Source: the human T2T-CHM13v2.0 reference genome, Homo sapiens. Taken from it: 64,000 nucleotides of DNA. The position numbers were made by a program, and so were the translations under genes. The notes under the pieces are model-generated. The model did no database searches. It worked only from the letters and a program-made list of their open reading frames with translations, and had not been told where the DNA came from. Positions 28,592 to 43,199 of the stretch are shown piece after piece. Location of the stretch: the NCBI RefSeq assembly GCF_009914755.1, contig NC_060939.1; one strand, written 5' to 3'. Each line of letters starts with the position of its first letter. Within the stretch, counting starts at the first letter, position 1.

Positions 28592-31500
28592 TTGAGTCCA
28601 TTCAATTCCATTCCTTTCGTTTCCATTCCATTTGATGCCATTCCATTCAATTCTGTTCTACTCGACTCCAATACATTCAATTCCACTCCATCCGATTCCA
28701 TTACATTCTTTTCATTTCTTATCCATTTCAAGCCATTCCACTCCATTCCATTCCACTCGTTTCCTTTCCATTCGAGTCCATTCCTCTCCAGTCCATTCCG
28801 TTCAATCCATTCCATTCCAGTCCATTCCATTCGAGTCCGTTCCATTCCAGTCCATTCCATTCGAGTCAATTCCTTTCCATTCGATGTCTTTCCATAACGA
28901 TCCATTCCATTCTATTCCTTTCGATTCCATTCCATTCTATTTCATTCCATTCGATTCCCTTCCATTGGACTCCTTTCCATTCGAGTGCATTCCATTCCGT
29001 TCCATTTCTTTCCGTTCTGTACGATTCCTACCGTTCGATTTCATTTTGTTCCAGTCCATTCCTTTCGCGTCCATTCCATTCCATTTCACTCCATTCGATT
29101 ACATTCCACTCGATTCCACTTCGTTCCATTTCATTGCATTCCATTCTATTCAACTCTATTGCCTTCCATTCCATTCCATTCGATTACATTCCATGCGATT
29201 CCATTCGAAATCGAATCAATTACATTGCAACCCATTACAATTGAGTCCGTTTTATTCCAGTCCACTGCATTCTGGTCCATTCCATTTGATTCCATTCCAT
29301 TCTATTCCATTCCATACAGTTGCATTCCATTGGATTCCATTCTATATCTATAAATTCAATTCGAGACCATTGCTTTTGAGTCCATTCTATATGATTCCAT
29401 TCCATTCAAGTCCATTACATTTGGTTCAATTCCATTCCATTCCATTCCCTTCCATTCCATTCCAGTTGATATCAATCCATTCGATTCCATTCCATTCGAG
29501 CACATTCCATTCGAGTCCATTCCATTCGATGCCATTCCATTTGATTCTATTCCATTAGTCTCCATTAAATTCCATTAATCTCCATTCCATTCCATTCTAC
29601 TCCAACTGATTCCATTCCATTCTATTCCTTTCCATTCCATTTCATTCCATTCCATTCCATTTCATTCCATTCCATTCCATTCGTGTCCATTCCACTCCAG
29701 TCCATTCCATTCGTGTCCATTCCGTTCCAGTCCATTCCATTTGTATCCACTGCATTCCATTCCACTCCATTCCATATTATTCCATTACACTCCATTCCAT
29801 TCTATTACTTTCATTTCCATTCAATTCCATTCCATTTGATTCCATTCCACTCGGTTTCATTCCATTTGAGTCCACTCCATTCCATTCCATTCCATTCAGT
29901 TCCATTACATTCCATTCCATTCGGTACCATTCCATATTGTTCCATTCGATTCCATTCGAATCCATTCCATTCCAGTCCATTCCATTCGATTCCATTCCAT
30001 TCATTTCAATTCCATTCCATTCCATTCCACTACATTCCACTTGATTCCTCTCCATTCCCTTCCACTGCATTCCGTTCGATTCCATTCCATTGCATTGCAT
30101 TCCATTCCATTGGATTGCATTCCATTCGATTCCATTCCATTCGAATCAATTACATAGCAATCCATTACATTCGAGTCTATTCTATTCCGTTCCATTCGAT
30201 TTTGTTCCAATCCATTCGATTCCATTCCATTCGATTCCATTCCATACTATTGCATTCCATTCGATTACATTATATTCGAATAAGTTCCATTCAAGACCAT
30301 TTCTTTTGAGTCCATTCTATTTGAGTCCATTCCCTTTGATTCCATAACATTTGAGTCCATTCAATTCCATTCCTTTCGTTTCCATTCCATTTGATGCCAT
30401 TCCATTCAATTCTGTTCTACTCGACTCCAATACATTCAATTCCATTCCATCCGATTCCATTACATTCTTTTCATTTCTTATCCATTTCAAGCCATTCCAC
30501 TCCATTCCATTCCACTCGTTTCCTTTCCATTCGAGTCCATTCCTCTCCCTTCCATTCCGTTCAATCCATTCCATTCCAGTCCACTCCATTCGAGTCCGTT
30601 CCATTCCAGTGCATTCCATTCGAGTCAATTCCATTCCATTCGATGTCTTTCCATAACGATCCATTCCATTCTATTCCTTTCGATTCCATTCCATTCTATT
30701 TCATTCCATTCGATTCCCTTCCATTGGACTCCTTTCCATTCGAGTGCATTCCATTCCGTTCCATTTCTTTCCGTTCTGTACGATTCCTACCGTTCTATTT
30801 CATTTTGTTCCATTCCATTCCTTTCGCGTCCATTCCATTCCATTTCACTGCATTCGATTCCATTCCACTCGATTCCACTTCGTTCCATTTCATTGCATTC
30901 CATTCTATTCAACTCTATTGCCTTCCATTCCATTCCATTCGATTACATTCCATGCGATTCCATTCGAAATCGAATCAATTACATTGCAATCCATTACAAT
31001 TGAGTCCGTTTTATTCCAGTCCACTGTATTCTGGTCCACTCCATTTGATTCCATTCCATTCTATTCCATTCCATACAGTTGCATTCCTTTGGATTCCATG
31101 CTATATATATAAATTCAATTCGAGACCATTGCTTTTGAGTCCATTCTATATGATTCCATTCCATTCAAGTCCATTACATTTGGTTCAATTCCATTCCATT
31201 CCATTCCCTTCCATTCCATTCCAGTTGATATCAATCCATTCGATTCCATTCCATTCGAGCACATTCCATTCGAGTCCATTCCATTCGATGCCATTCCATT
31301 TGATTCTATTCCATTAGTCTCCATTCAATTCCATTAATCTCCATTCCATTCCATTCTACTCCAACTGATTCCATTCCATTCTATTCCTTTCCATTCCATT
31401 TCATTCCATTCCATTCCATTTCATTCCATTCCATTCCATTCGCTTCCATTCCATTCGTGTCCATTCCACTCCAGTCCATTCCATTCGTGTCCATTCCATT

Positions 31501-34500
31501 CCAGTCCATTCCATTTGTGTCCACTGCATTCCATTCCACTCCATTCCATATTATTCCATTACACTCCCTTCCATTCTATTACTTTCATTTCCATTCAATT
31601 CCATTCCATTTGATTCCATTCCACTCGGTTTCATTCCATTTGAGTCCACTCCATTCCATTCCATTCCATTCCATTCAGTTCCATTCCATTCCGTTCCATT
31701 GCATTCCATTCCATTCGGTACCATTCCATATTGTTCCATTCAATTCCATTCGAATCCATTCCATTCCAGTCCATTCCATTCCATTCCATTCCATTCCTTT
31801 CAATTCCATTCCATTCCATTCCATTCCACTTGATTCCACTTCATTCCCTTCCACTGCATTCCATTCGATTCCATTCCATTGCATTGCATTCCATTCCATT
31901 GGACTGCATTCCATTCGATTCCATTCCATGCGAATCAATTACATAGCAATCCATTACATTCGAGTCTATTCTATTCCGTTCCATTCGATTTCGTTCCAAT
32001 CCATTCGATTCCATTCCATTCGATTCCATTCCATACTATTGCATTCCATTCTATTACATTATATTCGAATAAGTTCCATTCAAGACCATTTCTTTTGAGT
32101 CCAATCTATTTGAGTCCATTCCCTTTGATTCCATAACATTTGAGTCCATTCAATTCCATTCCTTTCGTTTCCATTCCATTTGATGCCATTCCATTCAATT
32201 CTGTTCTACTCGACTCCAATACATTCAATTCCATTCCATCCGATTCCATTACATTCTTTTCATTTCTTATCCATTTCAAGCCATTCCACTCCATTCCATT
32301 CCACTCGTTTCCTTTCCATTCGAGTCCATTCCTCTCCAGTCCATTCCGTTCAATCCATTCCATTCCAGTCCATTCCATTCGAGTCCGTTCCATTCCAGAC
32401 CATTCCATTCGAGTCAATTCCATTCCATTCGATGTCTTTCCATAACGATCCATTCCATTCTATTCCTTTCGATTCCATTCCATTCTATTTCATTCCATTC
32501 GATTCCCTTCCATTGGACTCCTTTCCATTCGAGTGCATTCCATTCCGTTCCATTTCTTTCCGTTCTGTACGATTCCTACCGTTCGATTTCATTTTGTTCC
32601 AGTCCATTCCTTTCGCGTCCATTCCATTCCATTTCACTCCATTCGATTCCATTCCACTCGATTCCACTTCGTTCCATTTCATTGCATTCCATTCTATTCA
32701 ACTCTATTGCCTTCCATTCCATTCCATTCGATTACATTCCATGCGATTCCATTCGAAATCGAATCAATTACATTGCAATCCATTACAATTGAGTCCGTTT
32801 TATTCCAGTCCACTGCATTCTGGTCCATTGCATTTGATTCCATTCCATTCTATTCCATTCCATACAGTTGCATTCCATTGGATTCCATGCTATATATATA
32901 AATTCAATTCGAGACCATTGCTTTTGAGTCCATTCTATATGATTCCATTCCATTCAAGTCCATTACATTTGGTTCAATTCCATTCCATTCCATTCCCTTC
33001 CATTCCATTCCAGTTGATATCAATCCATTCGATTCCATTCCATTCGAGCACATTCCATTCGAGTCCATTCCATTCGATGCCATTCCATTTGATTCTATTC
33101 CATTAGTCTCCATTCAATTCCATTAATCTCCATTCCATTCCATTCTACTCCAACTGATTCCATTCCATTCTATTCCTTTCCATTCCATTTCATTCCATTC
33201 CATTCCATTTCATTCCATTCCATTCCATTCGTGTCCATTCCACTCCAGTCCATTCCATTCGTGTCCATTACATTCCAGTCCATTCCATTTGTGTCCACTG
33301 CATTCCATTCCACTCCATTCCATATTATTCCATTACACTCCATTCCATTCTATTACTTTCATTTCCATTCAATTCCATTCCATTTGATTCCATTCCACTC
33401 GGTTTCATTCCATTTGAGTCCACTCCATTCCATTCCATTCCATTCTGTTCCATTCCATTCCATTCCATTCGGTACCATTCCATAGTGTTCCATTCGATTT
33501 CATTCGAATCCATTCCATTCCAGTCCTTTCCATTCGATTCCATTCCATTCATTTCAATTCCATTCCATTCCATTCCATTCCATTCCACTTGATTCCTCTC
33601 CATTCCCTTCCACTGCATTCCGTTCGATTCCATTCCATTGCATTGCATTCCATTCCATTGGATTGCATTCCATTCGATTCCATTCCATTCGAATCAATTA
33701 CATAGCAATCCATTACATTCGAGTCTATTCTCTTCCGTTCCATTCGATTTCGTTCCAATCCATTCGATTCCATTCCATTCGATTCCATTCCATACTATTG
33801 CATTCCATTCGATTACATTATATTCGAATAAGTTCCATTCAAGACCATTTCTTTTGAGTCCATTCTATTTGAGTCCATTCCCTTTGATTCCATAACATTT
33901 GAGTCCATTCAATTCCATTCCTTTCGTTTCCATTCCATTTGATGCCATTCCATTCAATTCTGTTCTACTCGACTCCAATACATTCAATTCCATTCCATCC
34001 GATTCCATTACATTCTTTTCATTTCTTATCCATTTCAAGCCATTCCACTCCATTCCATTCCACTCGTTTCCTTTCCATTCGAGTCCATTCCTCTCCAGTC
34101 CATTCCGTTCAATCCATTCCATTCCAGTCCATTCCATTCGAGTCCGTTCCATTCCAGTCCATTCCCTTCGAGTCAATTCCATTCCATTCGATGTCTTTCC
34201 ATAACGATCCATTCCATTCTATTCCTTTCGATTCCATTCCATTCTATTTCATTCCATTCGATTCCCTTCCATTGGACTCCTTTCCATTCGAGTGCATTCC
34301 ATTCCGTTCCATTTCTTTCCGTTCTGTACGATTCCTACCGTTCGATTTCATTTTGTTCCAGTCCATTCCTTTCGCGTCCATTCCATTCCATTTCACTCCA
34401 TTCGATTCCATTCCACTCGATTCCACTTTGTTCCATTTCATTGCATTCCATTCTATTCAACTCTATTGCCTTCCATTCCATTCCATTCGATTACATTCCA

Positions 34501-37500
34501 TGCGATTCCATTCGAAATCGAATCAATTACATTGCAATCCATTACTATTGAGTCCGTTTTATTCCAGTCCACTGCATTCTGGTCCACTCCATTTGATTCC
34601 ATTCCATTCTATTCCATTCCATACAGTTGCATTCCATTGGATTCCATTCTATATCTATAAATTCAATTCGAGACCATTGCTTTTGAGTCCATTCTATATG
34701 ATTCCATTCCATTCAAGTCCATTACATTTGGTTCAATTCCATTCCATTCCATTCCCTTCCATTCCATTCCAGTTGATATCAATCCATTCGATTCCATTCC
34801 ATTCGAGCACATTCCATTCGAGTCCATTCCATTCGATGCCATTCCATTTGATTCTATTCCATTAGTCTCCATTCAATTCCATTAATCTCCATTCCATTCC
34901 ATTCTACTCCAACTGATTCCATTCCATTCTATTCCTTTCCATTCCATTTCATTCCATTCCATTCCATTTCATTCCATTCCATTCCATTCGTGTCCATTCC
35001 ACTCCAGTCCATTCCATTCGTGTCCATTCCATTCCAGTCCATTCCATTTGTGTCCACTGCATTCCATTCCACTCCATTCCATATTATTCCATTACACTCC
35101 ATTCCATTCTATTACTTTCATTTCCATTCAATTCCATTCCATTTGATTCCATTCCACTCGGTTTCATTCCATTTGAGTCCACTCCATTCCATTCCATTCC
35201 ATTCCATTCAGTTCCATTCCATTCTGTTCCATTCCATTCCGTTCCATTACATTCCATTCCATTCGGTACCATTCCATATTGTTCCATTCGATTCCATTCG
35301 AATCCATTCCATTCCAGTCCATTCCATTCGATTCCATTCCATTCATTTCAATTCCATTCCATTCCATTCCATTACATTCCACTTGATTCCTCTCCATTCC
35401 CTTCCACTGCATTCCGTTCGATTCCATTCCATTGCATTGCATTCCATTCCATTGGATTGCATTCCATTCGATTCCATTCCATTCGAATCAATTACATAGC
35501 AATCCATTACATTCGAGTCTATTCTATTCCATTCCATTCGATTTCGTTCCAATCCATTCGATTCCATTCCATTCGATTCCATTCCATACTATTGCATTCC
35601 ATTCGATTACATTATATTCGAATAAGTTCCATTCAAGACCATTTCTTTTGAGTCCATTCTATTTGAGTCCATTCCCTTTGATTCCATAACATTTGAGTCC
35701 ATTCAATTCCATTCCTTTCGTTTCCATTCCATTTCATGCCATTCCATTCAATTCTGTTCTACTCGACTCCAATACATTCAATTCCATTCCATCCGATTCC
35801 ATTACATTCTTTTCATTTCTTATCCATTTCAAGCCATTCCACTCCATTCCATTCCACTCGTTTCCTTTCCAGTCGAGTCAATTCCTCTCCAGTCCATTCC
35901 GTTCAATCCATTCCATTCCAGTCCATTCCATTCGAGTCCATTCCATTCCAGTCCATTCCATTCGAGTCAATTCCATCCCATTCGATGTCTTCCCATAACG
36001 ATCCATTCCATTCTATTCCTTTCCATTCCACTCCATTCTATTTCATTCCATTCGATTCCCTTCCATTGGACTCCTTTCCATTCGAATGCATTCCATTCCG
36101 TTCCATTTCTTTCCTTTCTGTACGATTCCTACCGTTCGATTTCATTTTGTTCCAGTCCATTCCTTTCGCGTCCATTCCATTCCATTTCACTCCATTCGAT
36201 TCCATTCCACTCGATTCCACTTCGTTCCATTTCATTGCATTCCATTCTATTCAACTCTATTGCCTTCCATTCCATTCCATTCGATTACATTCCATGCGAT
36301 TCCATTCAAAATCGAATCAATTACATTGCAATCCATTACAATTGAGTCCGTTTTATTCCAGTCCACTGCATTCTGGTCCATTCCATTTGATTCCATTCCA
36401 TTCTATTCCATTCCATACAGTTGCATTCCTTTGGATTCCATGCTATATCTATAAATTCAATTCGAGACCATTGCTTTTGAGTCCATTCTATATGATTCCA
36501 TTCCATTCAAGTCCATTACATTTGGTTCAATTCCATTCCATTCCATTCCCTTCCATTCCATTCCAGTTGATATCAATCCATTCGATTCCATTCCATTCGA
36601 GCACATTCCATTCGAGTCCATTCCATTCGATGCCATTCCATTTGATTCTATTCCATTAGTCTCCATTCAATTCCATTAATCTCCATTCCATTCCATTCTA
36701 CTCCAACTGATTCCATTCCATTCTATTCCTTTCCATTCCATTTAATTCCATTCCATTCCATTCCATTCCATTTCATTCCATTCCATTCCATTCGTGTCCA
36801 TTCCACTCCAGTCCATTCCATTCGTGTCCATTCCATTCCAGTCCATTCCATTTGTGTCCACTGCATTCCATTCCACTCCATTCCATATTATTCCATTACA
36901 CTCCATTCCATTCTATTACTTTCATTTCCATTCAATTCCATTCCATTTGATTCCTTTCCACTCGGTTTCATTCCATTTGAGTCCTGTCCATTCCATTCCA
37001 TTCCATTCAGTTCCATTACATTCCATTCCATTCGGTACCATTCCATATTGTTCCATTCGATTCCATTCGAATCCATTCCATTCCAGTCCATTCCATTCGA
37101 TTCCATTCCATTCATTTCAATTCCATTCCATTCCATTCCATTACATTCCACTTGATTCCTCTCCATTCCCTTCCACTGCATTCCGTTCGATTCCATTCCA
37201 TTGCATTGCATTCCATTCCATTGGATTGCATTCCATTCGATTCCATTCCATTCGAATAAATTACATAGCAATCCATTACATTCGAGTCTATTCTATTCCG
37301 TTCCATTCGATTTTGTTCCAATCCATTCGATTCCATTCCATTCGATTCCATTCCATACTATTGCATTCCATTCGATTACATTATATTCGAATAAGTTCCA
37401 TTCAAGACCATTTCTTTTGAGTCCATTCTATTTGAGTCCATTCCCTTTGATTCCATAACATTTGAGTCCATTCAATTCCATTCCTTTCGTTTCCATTCCA

Positions 37501-38239
37501 TTTGATGCCATTCCATTCAATTCTGTTCTACTCGACTCCAATACATTCAATTCCATTCCATCCGATTCCATTACATTCTTTTCATTTCTTATCCATTTCA
37601 AGCCATTCCACTCCATTCCATTCCACTCGTTTCCTTTCCATTCGAGTCCATTCCTCTCCAGTCCATTCCGTTCAATCCATTCCATTCCAGTCCATTCCAT
37701 TCGAGTCCGTTCCATTCCAGTCCATTCCATTCGAGTCAATTCCATTCCATTCGATGTCTTTCCATAACGATCCATTCCATTTTATTCCTTTCGATTCCAT
37801 TCCATTCTATTTCATTCCATTCGATTCCCTTCCATTGGACTCCTTTCCATTCGAGTGCATTCCATTCCGTTCCATTTCTTTCCGTTCTGTATGATTCCTA
37901 CCGTTCGATTTCATTTTGTTCCAGTCCATTCCTTTCGCGTCCATTCCATTCCATTTCACTCCATTCGATTCCATTCCACTCGATTCCACTTCGTTCCATT
38001 TCATTGCATTCCATTCTATTCAACTCTATTGCCTTCCATTCCATTCCATTCGATTACATTCCATGCGATTCCATTCGAAATCGAATCAATTACATTGCAA
38101 TCCATTACTATTGAGTCCGTTTTATTCCAGTCCACTGCATTCTGGTCCATTCCATTTGATTCCATTCCATTCTATTCCATTCCATACAGTTGCATTCCAT
38201 TGGATTCCATGCTATATCTATAAATTCAATTCGAGACCA

Positions 38240-41200
38240 TTGCTTTTCAGTCCATTCTATATGATTCCATTCCATTCAAGTCCATTACATTTGGTTCAAT
38301 TCCATTCCATTCCATTCCCTTCCATTCCATTCCAGTTGATATCAATCCATTCGATTCCATTCCATTCGAGCACATTCCATTCGAGTCCATTCCATTCGTT
38401 GCCATTCCATTTGATTCTATTCCATTAGTCTCCATTCAATTCCATTAATCTCCATTCCATTCCATTCTACTCCAACTAATTCCATTCCATTCTATTCCTT
38501 TCCATTCCATTTCATTCCATTCCATTCCATTTCATTCCATTCCATTCCATTCGTGTCCATTCCACTCCAGTCCATTCCATTCGTGTCCATACAATTCCAG
38601 TCCATTCCATTTGTGTCCACTGCATTCCATTCCACTCCATTCCATATTATTCCATTACACTCCATTCCATTCTATTACTTTCATTTCCATTCCATTCCAT
38701 TCCATTCCATTCAGTTCCATTCCATTCTGTTCCATTCCATTCCATTCCATTCGGTACCATTCCATAGTGTTCCATTCGATTCCATTCGAATCCATTCCAT
38801 TCCTGTCCTTTCCATTCGATTCCATTCTATTCATTTCAATTCCATTCCATTCCATTCCATTCAATTCCACTTGATTCCTCTCCATTCCCTTCCACTGCAT
38901 TCCGTTCGATTCCATTCCATTGCATTGCATTCCATTCCATTGGATTGCATTCCATTCGATTCCATTCCATTCGAATCAATTACATAGCAATCCATTACAT
39001 TCGAATCTATTCTCTTCCGTTCCATTCGATTTCGTTCCAATCCATTCGATTCCATTCCATTCGATTCCATTCCATACTATTGCATTCCATTCGATTAAAT
39101 TATATTCGAATAAGTTCCATTCAAGACCATTTCTTTTGAGTCCATTCTATTTGAGTCCATTCCCTTTGATTCCATAACATTTGAGTCCATTCAGTTCCAT
39201 TCCTTTCGTTTCCATTCCATTTGATGCCATTCCATTCAATTCTGTTCTACTCGACTCCAATACATTCAATTCCATTCCATCCGATTCCATTACATTCTTT
39301 TCATTTCTTATCCATTTCAAGCCATTCCACTCCATTCCATTCCACTCGTTTCCTTTCCATTCGAGTCCATTCCTCTCCAGTCCATTCCGTTCAATCCATT
39401 CCATTCCAGTCCATTCCATTCGAGTCCGTTCCATTCCAGTCCATTCCATTCGAGTCAATTCCATTCCATTCGATGTCTTTCCATAACGATCCATTCCATT
39501 CTATTCCTTTCGATTCCATTCCATTCTATTTCATTCCATTCGATTCCCTTCCATTGGACTCCTTTCCATTCGAGTGCATTCCATTCCGTTCCATTTCTTT
39601 CCGTTCTGTACGATTCCTACCGTTCGATTTCATTTTGTTCCAATCCATTCCTTTCGCGTCCATTCCATTCCATTTCACTCCATTCGATTCCATTCCACTC
39701 GATTCCACTTTGTTCCATTTCATTGCATTCCATTCTATTCAACTCTATTGCCTTCCATTCCATTCCATTCGATTACATTCCATGCGATTCCATTCGAAAT
39801 CGAATCAATTACATTGCAATCCATTACTATTGAGTCCGTTTTATTCCAGTCCACTGCATTCTGGTCCATTCCATTTGATTCCATTCCATTCTATTCCATT
39901 CCATACAGTTGCATTCCATTGGATTCCATTCTATATTTATAAATTCAATTCGAGACCATTGCTTTTGAGTCCATTCTATATGATTCCATTCCATTCAATT
40001 CCATTACATTTGGTTCAATTCCATTCCATTCCATTCCCTTCCATTCCATTCCAGTTGATATCAATCCATTCGATTCCATTCCATTCGAGCACATTCCATT
40101 CGAGTCCATTCCATTCGATGCCATTCCATTTGATTCTATTCCATTAGTCTCCATTCAATTCCATTAATCTCCATTCCATTCCATTCTACTCCAACTGATT
40201 CCATTCCATTCTATTCCTTTCCATTCCATTTCATTCCATTCCATTCCATTTCATTCCATTCCATTCCATTCGTGTCCATTCCACTCCAGTCCATTCCATT
40301 CGTGTCCATTCCATTCCAGTCCATTCCATTTGTGTCCACTGCATTCCATTCCACTCCATTCCATATTATTCCATTACACTCCATTCCATTCTATTACTTT
40401 CATTTCCATTGAATTCCATTCCATTTGATTCCATTCCACTCGGTTTCATTCCATTTGAGTCCACTCCATTCCATTCCATTCCATTCCATTCAGTTCCATT
40501 CCATTCTGTTCCATTCCATTCGGTACCATTCCATAGTGTTCCATTCGATTTCATTCGAATCCATTCCATTCCAGTCCTTTCCATTCGATTCCATTCCATT
40601 CATTTCAATTCCATTCCATTCCATTCCATTACATTCCACTTGATTCCTCTCCATTCCCTTCCACTGCATTCCGTTCGATTCCATTCCATTGCATTGCATT
40701 CCATTCCATTGGATTGCATTCCATTCGATTCCATTCCATTCGAATCAATTACATAGCAATCCATTACATTCGAGTCTATTCTCTTCCGTTCCATTCGATT
40801 TCGTTCCAATCCATTCGATTCCATTCCATTCGATTCCATTCCATACTATTGCATTCCATTCGATTACATTATATTCGAATAAGTTCCATTCAAGACCATT
40901 TCTTTTGAGTCCATTCTATTTGAGTCCATTCCCTTTGATTCCATAACATTTGAGTCCATTCAATTCCATTCCTTTCGTTTCCATTCCATTTGATGCCATT
41001 CCATTCAATTCTGTTCTACTCGACTCCAATACATTCAATTCCATTCCATCCGATTCCATTACATTCTTTTCATTTCTTATCCATTTCAAGCCATTCCACT
41101 CCATTCCATTCCACTCGTTTCCTTTCCATTCGAGTCCATTCCTCTCCAGTCCATTCCGTTCAATCCATTCCATTCCAGTCCATTCCATTCGAGTCCGTTC

Positions 41201-43100
41201 CATTCCAGTCCATTCCATTCGATTCAATTCCATTCCATTCGATGTCTTTCCATAACGATCCATTCCATTCTATTCCTTTCGATTCCATTCCATTCTATTT
41301 CATTCCATTCGATTCCCTTCCATTGGACTCCTTTCCATTCGAGTGCATTCCATTCCGTTCCATTTCTTTCCGTTCTGTACGATTCCTACCGTTCGATTTC
41401 ATTTTGTTCCAGTCCATTCCTTTCGCGTCCATTCCATTCCATTTCACTCCATTCGATTCCATTCCACTCGATTCCACTTTGTTCCATTTCATTGCATTCC
41501 ATTCTATTCAACTCTATTGCCTTCCATTCCATTCCATTCGATTACATTCCATGCGATTCCATTCGAAATCGAATCAATTACATTGCAATCCATTACTATT
41601 GAGTCCGTTTTATTCCAGTCCACTGCATTCTGGTCCATTCCATTTGATTCCATTCCATTCTATTCCATTCCATACAGTTGCATTCCATTGGATTCCATGC
41701 TATATCTATAAATTCAATTCGAGACCATTGCTTTTCAGTCCATTCTATATGATTCCATTCCATTCAAGTCCATTACATTTGGTTCAATTCCATTCCATTC
41801 CATTCCCTTCCATTCCATTCCAGTTGATATCAATCCATTCGATTCCATTCCATTCGAGCACATTCCATTCGAGTCCATTCCATTCGTTGCCATTCCATTT
41901 GATTCTATTCCATTAGTCTCCATTCAATTCCATTAATCTCCATTCCATTCCATTCTACTCCAACTAATTTCATTCCATTCTATTCCTTTCCATTCCATTT
42001 CATTCCATTCCATTCCATTTCATTCCATTCCATTCCATTCGTGTCCATTCCACTCCAGTCCATTCCATTCGTGTCCATACCATTCCAGTCCATTCCATTT
42101 GTGTCCACTGCATTCCATTCCACTCCATTCCATATTATTCCATTACACTCCATTCCATTCTATTACTTTCATTTCCATTCCATTCCATTCCATTCCATTC
42201 AGTTCCATTCCATTCTGTTCCATTCCATTCCATTCCATTCGGTACCATTCCATAGTGTTCCATTCGATTCCATTCGAATCCATTCCATTCCTGTCCTTTC
42301 CATTCGATTCCATTCCATTCATTTCAATTCCATTCCATTCCATTCCATTCCATTCCACTTGATTCCTCTCCATTCCCTTCCACTGCATTCCGTTCGATTC
42401 CATTCCATTGCATTGCATTCCATTCCATTGGATTGCATTCCATTCGATTCCATTCCATTCGAATCAATTACATAGCAATCCATTACATTCGAGTCTATTC
42501 TCTTCCGTTCCATTCGATTTCGTTCCAATCCATTCGATTCCATTCCATTCGATTCCATTCCATACTATTGCATTCCATTCGATTAAATTATATTCGAATA
42601 AGTTCCATTCAAGACCATTTCTTTTGAGTCCATTCTATTTGAGTCCATTCCCTTTGATTCCATAACATTTGAGTCCATTCAGTTCCATTCCTTTCGTTTC
42701 CATTCCATTTGATGCCATTCCATTCAATTCTGTTCTACTCGACTCCAATACATTCAATTCCATTCCATCCGATTCCATTACATTCTTTTCATTTCTTATC
42801 CATTTCAAGCCATTCCACTCCATTCCATTCCACTCGTTTCCTTTCCATTCGAGTCCATTCCTCTCCAGTCCATTCCGTTCAATCCATTCCATTCCAGTCC
42901 ATTCCATTCGAGTCCGTTCCATTCCAGTCCATTCCATTCGAGTCAATTCCATTCCATTCGATGTCTTTCCATAACGATCCATTCCATTCTATTCCTTTCG
43001 ATTCCATTCCATTCTATTTCATTCCATTCGATTCCCTTCCATTGGACTCCTTTCCATTCGAGTGCATTCCATTCCGTTCCATTTCTTTCCGTTCTGTACG
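38240..43100 (+). repeat. Local duplication at 3488-bp offset involving the short 1719-bp unit variant
   Basis: Shared private variants CTTTTCAGTCC, TTCGTTGCC, CAACTAAT, a 60-bp deletion and CATTCAGTTCC at the unit anchor (39181 and 42669) recur 3488 bp apart. Boundaries are approximate. Confidence 0.85.
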
Positions 43101-43199
43101 ATTCCTACCGTTCGATTTCATTTTGTTCCAGTCCATTCCTTTCGCTTCCATTCCATTCCATTTCACTCCATTCGATTCCATTCCACTCGATTCCACTTC

